A stretch of DNA of 58,068 nucleotides, filler included, from Stramenopiles sp. TOSAG23-3 (Eukaryota), in assembly GCA_900128585.1 (NCBI GenBank). It is 3 parts of 3 records of this genome, joined end to end, with 100 filler letters (N's around TTAATTAATTAA, not from the genome) between each part and the next. Parts side by side here need not be neighbours in the genome. Positions count along the whole stretch, not along the records: positions 19,457 to 38,799 come from LT642405.1; positions 38,900 to 58,068 come from LT642406.1; 1 more part is not named here. One strand, written 5' to 3'. Both the position numbers and the translations under genes were made by a program. The notes under the pieces are model-generated. The model did not search any database and was not told the DNA's origin. It worked only from the letters and a program-made list of their open reading frames with translations. Below are positions 31,941 through 40,753 of this stretch, piece by piece (positions within the stretch are counted from its first letter, which is position 1; each line of letters starts with the position of its first letter).

Positions 31941-33713
31941 TTAATCGTCAAACAGGGAGGAGGCCATGTCAAACGCAAGGTTTTCGGCGTCCGACATTGC
32001 GGGCGGGGATGCCCCTTTGACAAACTTGGCCTTTGGGGCCGCTTTCTTCTGGCTGACCTTTTCGATCATCTTCTCCCCCTTCCCTTTCATGTGGACCATC
32101 TGAGACTGGAGCTTCAGGGCGTCCTTCGCGCGGCGCTTCAGGCCCGCCTGCAACCGGCGGCGGGGGCCCACTTGCGGAAAGAAGTGTTCGAGGTCCTTGG
32201 CCGTAAGCTCGAAGAGGGTCGAAACGTCGATCCTCTCGTCGATCAAAGCACGGGCGTAGTCCATCAAGTCCAGGCCGTTCAGAAACTCGCACAGTTCATG
32301 GGCATCGCGCTCCTGGAACCCGTTCCCTCCTTTGCGGTACGGTTTTCGCTGCTTGGCCCGTTCCTGCTGGAGGGTGGCCTGCTGCTGCTGCTGCTGCTGT
32401 TGCATCTGCATCATGTGGTTCTGAAACTCTTGGACTATTCGGGCGTTCTGCTGCTCAAGGATCTGTTGCTGCTGGACAATGTACTGCTGCTGCTCGTACT
32501 GTGCCATCTGTTCGGGGTACATCATTTTCATTCGTTGCATCAGCTCGTGCTGCTGGCGACGCTGCAGCTCCAGCTGTTCGTGCTGGCGTTGGACTTCCGC
32601 AATGTACTGCTGCTGCTCTTGGAGGGCGTCCTGCTCCCGCTGGGAGAGGGCCCTCTGCTGTTGCTGCAGAAGTCGTTGCTGTTGCTGCAAATGCTTGGCG
32701 GAGCTCGCCGACGGTTGCTTGGTACGGACGGGTTTCTGCTTGGGCGTGGACTGGAGTTGCTTTGGCGCGGGGGCCTTGGACGAGTGCTGCTCCTTTCGGC
32801 GGTCCTTCGTCGGGTTCAGCTCTACAGAAACGGCTTCCTTGTTGCCTTTTTTTTGCTGCAAAAATAAATTCTTGTCGTCGGACGGTGTGCGGGAATTTTT
32901 CACGGGCGCTTGCTCCTTTGCAGGGGGCGCCTCCGTTCGGCCCGGGCGTTGCGACGACCGTACATTCTCCTTCGCCAGCGGCGATTGCTTCATCGTCGCC
33001 GTCGTCGTCGCTGGGGGCTCGTCCACTCCCCCGTCAAAACTTTTCTTGCCCTTTCGGCCCTTCTGCTTCAGGGCCTCCTCCTTCAGCTTCCGCTTTACGT
33101 CCTCCTCCAGACGGGCCTTCTCCGCGTCCTTCGCCACGTTCCCACCGTTTTTGGAGTGTTCAAAAAGTTCGTTCTCAATGTCGGACGAGTCGTCCGAGTC
33201 GTTCGCTTCGGCGCGCCGGGCCGCCGCGGCGGCCTTGCGCGACTTCTTCCGGGCCGAGGCCGCGTTCGCATCGGCCTCCCCCAAGTCCTCCGTCCCTGCG
33301 GAGTGCGAGGACGGCCGGTTCTTCGAGGCCTTTCCCCGGTGCTTTGACTTGGTCCCTCGACGGTTCTTTCTACCCGATCCCCCGTCGGACGACACGCGCC
33401 CTTTTCTACGGTGTGCCTTCTTGTCCAACGGTACGTTCATTTTTCGCACAAAATGGATAGCCACGGCCCCGACGACGAGCCATAAAAGGACTACAAAAGT
33501 GGTAAGGTTCCCCTCCCGCAAAATGTCCAGGGCAACGTGTGCCCCACCGACAATGTTTTTAAAAAAAGTGCTGATGTGGTCGATTACGATCCACGTGAAG
33601 CCCCCGGGGTGAAGAAAAAAGGCTGGAAGCGTGAGCGCCGGAAGGACGACCAGCGCCATAACAAGGCAGGACGGGCCCGTCCTGGCCGATTCAAGAATGG
33701 CGTTCGCGTTCAT
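31941..33713 (-). CDS. Membrane-anchored, Q-rich, SAM-domain protein
   Basis: Two N-terminal hydrophobic helices, basic disordered linker, polyQ region, SAM-like ELCEFLNGLDLMDYARALIDERIDVSTLFELTAKDL...VGPRRRL. Confidence 0.85.
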   Translation of the reverse strand: MNANAILESARTGPSCLVMALVVLPALTLPAFFLHPGGFTWIVIDHISTFFKNIVGGAHVALDILREGNLTTFVVLLWLVVGAVAIHFVRKMNVPLDKKAHRRKGRVSSDGGSGRKNRRGTKSKHRGKASKNRPSSHSAGTEDLGEADANAASARKKSRKAAAAARRAEANDSDDSSDIENELFEHSKNGGNVAKDAEKARLEEDVKRKLKEEALKQKGRKGKKSFDGGVDEPPATTTATMKQSPLAKENVRSSQRPGRTEAPPAKEQAPVKNSRTPSDDKNLFLQQKKGNKEAVSVELNPTKDRRKEQHSSKAPAPKQLQSTPKQKPVRTKQPSASSAKHLQQQQRLLQQQQRALSQREQDALQEQQQYIAEVQRQHEQLELQRRQQHELMQRMKMMYPEQMAQYEQQQYIVQQQQILEQQNARIVQEFQNHMMQMQQQQQQQQATLQQERAKQRKPYRKGGNGFQERDAHELCEFLNGLDLMDYARALIDERIDVSTLFELTAKDLEHFFPQVGPRRRLQAGLKRRAKDALKLQSQMVHMKGKGEKMIEKVSQKKAAPKAKFVKGASPPAMSDAENLAFDMASSLFDD

Positions 33714-34808
33714 AGTTCAGAGCCCAAAGTGCTGATGAAGACGAAAACAGTCCCAGCGCACAGACACGATTGAAACACGCAAACGAGTGCACAAATAGTC
33801 AATTGATTTTGTTAAGCAAGTGATTGAGTTCGTTCGTTCCTCCTATCACTGTTTCTCTACCATTACTTTTCCGTTCCATCCTTCAGTCCAAAAAACGAAT
33901 TTAATAGGGAAGAAGAAAAGGATTATTATTTTATAATATATAAAAAAATAATAATACACAACATACCAAGTAAATAAGTAAATAATAATAAATAAAAAAA
34001 ATGTAAAAAAATGAGCTGCTTAATAAAATCCTTTCCTATTTCTATGTTGTATTTTTTTATTTTTAAGAAAAGTAGAGAGAAGAAGAAGCGAAAGAAAGAA
34101 AGAAAGAAAGAAGAAGACGAAAAAGAATAAAGGAACAAAACAAGAAAGAAAAAAAAAATTAACGATTTTTTATAAGTATAAATAATATATACTAAAGGTA
34201 TTTCATTTCCTATGAATAATTATTGCATTTCATCCGTTTTTTAACATTTGAATAGCAGGTAAACTATATGTGCTAGTCGGTCCATCCACTTTTTAGACAA
34301 CAAATCAATGAATGCTGTGGGATGTTGTTCAATTTGTTCAAGTCTAAATGCTAGAAAGAAGTCTGGATGATTTATAATGTTATATACTTAATAAAGTGTT
34401 ATTGTAATTGTATAAGAATAACATAACAATTGTTAATTGATTTATTTAGGAAGTAACTTTATTAAAATGGAAATAATTACTTTTGGTCTTACGACCATAT
34501 TTATTATATGAACTTCGAAATAATAAAATAACTTCTCAACTATTAAATAGTTATACTTCATATACTAATATATATCATAGGTACGAGTCCTCGTAGACGA
34601 CTGTATAATTAATTAAAAAGCAGTATTATAGGAGTCATACGAAATACTTAGTCTAGCTAATAGGAATAATAATAATAAAAAGAAGAACGAAGATAAAAAA
34701 AAAAATAGAAAAAAAAACACAACAACTTAAAAATAAAAATAATAAATAAATGTGGTGAGTTGATCGATCGATGATCGATGTACACGATGTAACGGCAATA
34801 ATTGTTTT

Positions 34809-34855
34809 CTTCTTCTTCTTCTTCTTCTTCTTCTTCTTCTTCTTCTTCTTCTTCT
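34809..34855. repeat. (CTT)n microsatellite
   Basis: Read directly. Confidence 0.95.
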
Positions 34856-35176
34856 TTATTATTATTATTATACGAAGGTACAGTATTAAATAATTATTAT
34901 TATTATATAAAAATATTATTAAATAAATTTTCAATTCACTTATATTTTTTTCCTTTTTATTTATTTTATTAATAATTATTATTGTGCATACTTCTTCTAC
35001 TTCTTCTATCTTCTCTCTGGTATATTTTATATAATATTAAAATGAAGAGAAAAGGAAGAGAAGAAGAGGGTGATACTTCTTAACGAATGTAAGACAGGAA
35101 GAATTCGTTAGATTATACAATTGAAGACATTTGAAAACAAACACCACCAACAGCCAGCCAGCCACCAACGAACACC

Positions 35177-37240
35177 ATGGTAGAAATGGAGAAAACGGTA
35201 CGGGAGAAGCAGAAACGGGCCTCGAGGAAGGAGATGGATGAAAGCATGTCGGAGGAATCGTCGGAGGAGGACGTATCGGAGGAGGAAACGGAGAAGGAAC
35301 GGGAGGAGAAAGAGGTCCAGGCCCGTCAAGAGGACACGGAGTTGGACAAAATGTACACCGAACTGACGGAGACTAGCTTGGAGCATGGGGTGCTAAAGCA
35401 GAAGAATATGTTCGTGTACGTTCATTGCAACTCGAAGCTTGAGAACGGGCAAAAGCATGGGGTGTACAAGATATGCATTGGAAGGGGGAAGCAGAGCTTT
35501 CGGTGGCTTGGGATGACCGCCGCCCAGCGGTACGGGAGGGAGATCACGTCGGCGTTTGGACGGCTTCGGCAGCGCGAGGCGGACGCCCCGCGAATGCTCA
35601 TCGCACACGTCCCCACCTCATTCCACGGGCAGCACGAGCACGACCATCCGCCGAACCCGAGGATGAAACTACGGGATGTTTTGGTCCACGGGGCCCACGT
35701 GTACTTTGAGTTCGACCACTCCGAGACGTTGGTGCCAACGAAAGTGTTCAACCCCAGGGTGGAGTTTGATGAAGACGCGGATGAGCCCCCGTGGCCCTCG
35801 GAGATGAGATACGGGATGCTGCCGCCGCAAGGGGCCCTCGAACGGCGGTCGAGCGAGTGGTTCCAGAACTGCTACCAGCTCCACCCTTCGAGGCAAAGAA
35901 GAATGCGAAAGGCGCACCGGGACCTGAAGCCCGTTGCAAAGAAGAAGAAGAAGAAGGAGAAGAAACGACGCCCAAAGATCAAATCGACCCACTGGGAGAA
36001 CGTGTTTTTGAATCGCCACGAGCAGTCCGAAAAAGAGAGAATAGCACGGTGCACGTACGAAGTCAAGCGTTCGAAAATTCTCAAAGAGCCGTCCCTCGTC
36101 CCCAAAGACCAGCGGGAAGCGGTGCTGGAAGTTTTGATTCGGCACTACCACCACATAGAAGAGATATTCATGTTTGCGTGCGCCCTAGACAACAGCGTGC
36201 CGACGAACCAAATGACCAAGCTAGAGTTCCAACATTTCTGCGAGCACGTAAACATCAAAGACCCCGGGGACACGACGCTCCAGCAGGACCTGAACTACTT
36301 GTTCATTGCGACGAACGTCGAGAAGGACGAGAATCACCAGATAGTGAGAGACCACCACAATAATGCCAACACCTTTCTGCGCTTTGAGTTTTTGGAAGCA
36401 CTTGTCCGCCTCAGCGTCCTTTTGTTCAAGCGAAACCAGCTGGGCGATTTGAACGAGAGCAGCAAAGGGGAGGAGGACGGGGAACGGGGGAACTACGAGA
36501 TCACCGTGCAGGAAAAGCTCGAGTACTTTTTGGACGTGTTCGTGGAGCCCGTCGCGACAGGGCTACACGTGGAAACGGCAAAGTTTCGCCATGCCCTTAC
36601 GCAGCAGAAAACACTGAAAGTGTACCACGAGCACCGAAAACGGTTCGAAAAAGTCTTCTCAATCTATGCAAAGCGCCAAGACGGGGATAGAACGTCGGGA
36701 AGCAACCGGTACGACAAAGACAGGCTTCACTCGCTGAACTTGGGGCAGTTCATGCTGTTTTTAAAGGAAGCTAACGTCGTCCAGGGCGGCGACGACGAGA
36801 TCGTCGGAGGCGGGTGTGACCCTGACCAGGATGTTCACTTGTTGACCAAGCGGCAAGCACGTCTCATCTTTGCCCAAAGCATGCAGTTCTCGTACTCGCG
36901 GCGGCAGCCCGAAGCGGAAATTTACTACCGCCAGACGCAGCTGCAGTACATCGAATTCCTCGAAGCGATCGCCCGCATCGCCCTGCACAAGTATGGCCAC
37001 GAGCGCGACGGCGAGGCCGGGTTGCCCATACCCGAAGCCCTTCACAAGTTGTCAATAGACCATATCCGGGCACAAGTGGTCGATTCGACGCACAAGAAGC
37101 GGTCCAAGAAGCCTGTTGAGACGCCGAAACCGGTTGATTTTGACGTAGGCCTGGAGTCGGCGCTCTCGGCGTTAAAGTCCGACTTGACCGATATCCATGA
37201 GCACAAAGTGGGCAGCGGCGACGAGCAGGGGAAAAAGTAA
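35177..37240 (+). CDS. Hypothetical protein with degenerate EF-hand-like repeats
   Basis: 687-aa GC-rich ORF; repeated FLRFEFLEALVRLS / LQYIEFLEAIARIA and MTKLEFQHFC / LNLGQFMLFLKE helices; N-terminal IGRGKQSFRWLGMTAAQRY reminiscent of Par3/HAL N-terminal domain. Confidence 0.8.
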   Translation: MVEMEKTVREKQKRASRKEMDESMSEESSEEDVSEEETEKEREEKEVQARQEDTELDKMYTELTETSLEHGVLKQKNMFVYVHCNSKLENGQKHGVYKICIGRGKQSFRWLGMTAAQRYGREITSAFGRLRQREADAPRMLIAHVPTSFHGQHEHDHPPNPRMKLRDVLVHGAHVYFEFDHSETLVPTKVFNPRVEFDEDADEPPWPSEMRYGMLPPQGALERRSSEWFQNCYQLHPSRQRRMRKAHRDLKPVAKKKKKKEKKRRPKIKSTHWENVFLNRHEQSEKERIARCTYEVKRSKILKEPSLVPKDQREAVLEVLIRHYHHIEEIFMFACALDNSVPTNQMTKLEFQHFCEHVNIKDPGDTTLQQDLNYLFIATNVEKDENHQIVRDHHNNANTFLRFEFLEALVRLSVLLFKRNQLGDLNESSKGEEDGERGNYEITVQEKLEYFLDVFVEPVATGLHVETAKFRHALTQQKTLKVYHEHRKRFEKVFSIYAKRQDGDRTSGSNRYDKDRLHSLNLGQFMLFLKEANVVQGGDDEIVGGGCDPDQDVHLLTKRQARLIFAQSMQFSYSRRQPEAEIYYRQTQLQYIEFLEAIARIALHKYGHERDGEAGLPIPEALHKLSIDHIRAQVVDSTHKKRSKKPVETPKPVDFDVGLESALSALKSDLTDIHEHKVGSGDEQGKK

Positions 37241-37513
37241 GTTTTGGAAAAAAAAAACATTCGTAAATAAGACTCACTTATTCACTTCAGTTTTTTTAAA
37301 TTTTAATAAAATTTAAAGTGAAAAGTGGTGTGCGAAACGTTTTTCCTAAAAACAAAAACTAAACCACCGACACCTAAAATCCTGACATCTCCTGTCGTCT
37401 GCAAGTTAATGTAAAGAATAAAAACAAAAATTATATAAAAAGAATATACTCGTATACTAAAAATAAATGTCCTCTGGAAAAAGATCTTTGCTAAATAAAC
37501 ATAAATTTTGCAC

Positions 37514-38350
37514 CTACACCTTTCGAAACCCCTGACGCCATATCACCCCATCGCAGGAAGGGAACTCTGCCGGGTCCATTTTAAACATTTCATGGTCGGT
37601 CGGCATGCCGAAGAAGTGTTTGATGGGAATAGATTCGACCGTCCCACCCTCGCCGTTCTCGTCCCAATGCTTGGTCAAGGACACGTGCCCCGGCTCTACA
37701 ATCGGGTAGGCATTCGCCTCCTCTTCGGTAAACCACACGGGTGGCGCCTTCAACTCATCCACCGTCAACGGCTGAAAGTGCTGGCGACCAAGGGACGTGG
37801 AGTTGAACTCGGCGGCCATGTAATCATGCACCATTTGCACGTCCGTCTGCGTGTACACGATCGTGTTGGAGTCCAACCCTAAACCTAAGTGTTGAACCAG
37901 CTTTCCGTTAACCATTCTACGCTTCTCGTGCCTGGATTTGAAGCACGGGTCGGGGTGGTTGATGGACACGGACTGTACACCATTGGCCGGAAAAGCCTTC
38001 AAAAAATCCAGAAATGAGTCGTTCATTGCGCTTAAGTTTGCGTTTATGTAGTGCAAGTTCGGCCGCCCCATATTGTCGCGATTCTGCAAAGCGCTCTTCA
38101 CGGAAAAACTCTTAATCTCCAACCCAATAAAATTCACATCTTGGTGCCGTTCCGCCAAGTTGAGCAAATACCTGCCTTTTGCACACCCTAAGTCCAGATG
38201 AAACGGCAAATGCATCCGATCCGACCCAACAAAGTATTCCAACTCTTTCGTCACATCGATTTCCAAAGACGACAGTGGGAACGAGAGCGGGTTCAAGTGC
38301 TGACGGGCTGCGGACGAAAAACGGCGCACTCCTGCCGTAACAACCAACAT
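37514..38350 (-). CDS. trmB: tRNA (guanine-N7)-methyltransferase, bacterial TrmB type, probably organelle-targeted
   Basis: HLDLGCAKGRYL SAM motif, FIGLEI, HPDPCFKSRHEKRRMV, QTDV; first ATG MLVVTAGVRRFSSAARQ looks like a mitochondrial presequence. Confidence 0.9.
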   Translation of the reverse strand: MLVVTAGVRRFSSAARQHLNPLSFPLSSLEIDVTKELEYFVGSDRMHLPFHLDLGCAKGRYLLNLAERHQDVNFIGLEIKSFSVKSALQNRDNMGRPNLHYINANLSAMNDSFLDFLKAFPANGVQSVSINHPDPCFKSRHEKRRMVNGKLVQHLGLGLDSNTIVYTQTDVQMVHDYMAAEFNSTSLGRQHFQPLTVDELKAPPVWFTEEEANAYPIVEPGHVSLTKHWDENGEGGTVESIPIKHFFGMPTDHEMFKMDPAEFPSCDGVIWRQGFRKV

Positions 38351-38372
38351 TTTGCAAACTGGCGCAAGGGAA

Positions 38373-38422
38373 CGGCGGGACAAAGAGAAAAATGCAGCGG
38401 CGGGACAAAGAGAAAAATGCAG
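38373..38422. repeat. Perfect 25-bp tandem duplication upstream of trmB
   Basis: cggcgggacaaagagaaaaatgcag x2. Confidence 0.9.
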
Positions 38423-38799
38423 GGCTGGCTAATGGGTGGGTGGGAAAAAATCTATCGTTTGTTATAATCTTCAATGACTGCGAAGTTTTGCTCGTGTGTG
38501 GATTCTTTTTGTTTGTTTGTGCGTTTCATGTATTGCGATAATTCAATAATTCAATAATTCAATAAAATTTTTTGTTGTGGTTGATCGGTGTTGTCGTCGT
38601 CGTCGATCTTCTATCGAGATGATGATTTTATTATTATTTAATTATAAAATTAATAATGAAATAATATGATCCTCCTCCTGTGCACCTGTTAATTAGGGTT
38701 AGGTGACATTAAGCCAAGGTTTTTTGGAAAATAATACAGGGGAAGGTTGGTTGATCGATTTACATTTATCGTTTAATCTACACACTATCTTCCTCTTGC

Positions 38800-38899
38800 N
38801 NNNNNNNNNNNNNNNNNNNNNNNNNNNNNNNNNNNNNNNNNNNTTAATTAATTAANNNNNNNNNNNNNNNNNNNNNNNNNNNNNNNNNNNNNNNNNNNN
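38800..38899. other. Artificial contig linker (N44-TTAATTAATTAA-N44)
   Basis: Same as 19357-19456. Confidence 0.95.
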
Positions 38900-39128
38900 C
38901 TTTTTAGGGGTTGTTAAATACAAGACTAAATGCTCCGACCACAGTGTTCCAAATAACACGCCCAACACACACGCTCTTCACTTTTGCTTTAATGTTCACA
39001 CTTTTTAGGGGTTGTTAAATACAAGACTAAATGCTCTAACCACAGTGCTCCAAATAACACGCCCAACACACACGCTCTTAGTAATCCTTCATTACTACTG
39101 CTCTTCACTTTTGCTTTAAAGTTCACAC
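38900..39128. repeat. ~101-bp tandem duplication, second copy with 26-bp insertion
   Basis: ctttttaggggttgttaaatacaagactaaatgctc...gttcaca at 38900 and 39001, with a few substitutions. Confidence 0.9.
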
Positions 39129-39151
39129 TCCACACACTTAAGTTTACAAGC

Positions 39152-39775
39152 TTACAGCGAGAACTTACGAGGGGACATTTTGCTCGCCTTCAACTTTTCG
39201 ATCGACTGAAGTTTTCTAACTGGTGACAACGAGGGCGACGGCATTTCTCCGGTCGTACTCCAAATATGCACAGTGGTATACCAGCACGCCTTTTTCCCCG
39301 TGTCATTGGCCACCCTAGTTCGATACGAAGTTCGGTAATTGGTTTGAGACTTTTCCCACAACTGCCGACTTCTTGATTTTGGTGACCTGGGACGAATTTT
39401 GAAGGAGGTATAGTTTGTTGAACGCTTTTTCTCTCTGTCGCTCCTACCGCTAACTTTGGAACCTGTGCGTGCCCCGTCTATGTTAGGGATATCGCCATCT
39501 GCTGTCATTTCGGGCATTTCCCAGTTATATCTTGTTGTATAAGTTGTGTACTGAAATCGTGACAAAGACAAGGGCGTGCCAGGGTCCTCGAAACCCGGCT
39601 CGTCCGTTTCACTCAACTTCCTAACTCGCAGCGGCAAAGGTCTGGCCCCACGTTTAAACTTTCTTTCCTTTTTTCTCGAAAGTGGCGACACAGTGTCGCG
39701 CTTTGAACCACTCGATCGTTCAGGGGATACGACGGGTGTCACTGGTGGAGACGCCGACTTCAAAAAAAATGCCAT
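39152..39775 (-). CDS. Hypothetical basic S/P/R-rich protein
   Basis: 207-aa ATG ORF in GC-richer island; TTYTTRY and TNYRTSY motifs. Confidence 0.65.
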   Translation of the reverse strand: MAFFLKSASPPVTPVVSPERSSGSKRDTVSPLSRKKERKFKRGARPLPLRVRKLSETDEPGFEDPGTPLSLSRFQYTTYTTRYNWEMPEMTADGDIPNIDGARTGSKVSGRSDREKKRSTNYTSFKIRPRSPKSRSRQLWEKSQTNYRTSYRTRVANDTGKKACWYTTVHIWSTTGEMPSPSLSPVRKLQSIEKLKASKMSPRKFSL

Positions 39776-40753
39776 TGCAACGCAGATACGGAGTCTTCTA
39801 TGAAATTACTATATACGCGGATTAACCGTCAGAGGAGCACGGTTGTTTTCAGCCCGTACGTCCCCCGAAAGGCGTGACTTTGAGCGGTCGGTGTAAGAGA
39901 GAGGTCTTGGGAATTGTGTTTACGAATCAAATTCAGTTGTAAAGATTTTGAGAGCTGATGAAAAGATTAACATAAATCTGATAGAGACAATGCGCTAAAA
40001 AATTAGTAATTAATATCGAAACCAACAAAGTTATTTAATCATCACATTATTAAATTTTTTTTGTTTTTTTGTATTTTATTGTTTTTTGTGTTTGTTTTTG
40101 TCGTTGTTGTTGGTGTATTACACTTCAGCTTATACGTTTTTTACGAGATCTTGTAGTATTTTAAAATATTTATTTACTATTATAATACAGGCACACAATG
40201 TCGAAATGGGGAATCTAACCTAGAGAGAGAGAAGACACGATTATCTTATTTATTATTATTAAATAAATAAAATACTACTACCGGTACTACTACGGGGGGT
40301 GGTTTGGTTTTTTGATGAATGAACTTCCGAAATTGATTGGTCCTTCTCCTACCTATCTCTTTAGATACCTTGGTATCTACAATAAGTACAAGAGGTGTAA
40401 TAATTACAGTTATTATATACAAATAATTAAAAAATATATTTAATTTATGTATTATTATTATTACTACTACTCTTTTACGGTACCTGGTACCAGGTACCTG
40501 GTATAATACCGGTACGGTACGTACCTGTACCGGTACGTACGACTACGGTACAGGTACGGTACCTACCCAGGTACTGCTGAAAATTTGTCGTCCGTCCTCC
40601 TGTGGTTATTTTCAAAAAGTTTTCTTTCAAACTTCAACTTACGAGTATACATTACTTTTCACAGGCATAAGATTGAAATTTGTATTTAATTCCACCCCAA
40701 GGAGAGTAAGTTGACGCACCTAACGAGATTCACGACACACGCCACGGCTTACA

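Noticed and set aside
32091-33612. Long + strand ORFs of 258-377 aa
   Set aside because: Antisense to the GC-rich SAM/polyQ gene; Cys/Leu runs mirror CAG repeats
13100-38350. Apparent cluster of mitochondrial genes (Lon, QCR10-like, TrmB)
   Set aside because: Interspersed with unrelated genes and split by an artificial linker
39950-39990. CTGATGA followed by short stem as hammerhead ribozyme
   Set aside because: No GAAA core after the stem and no stems I/III found
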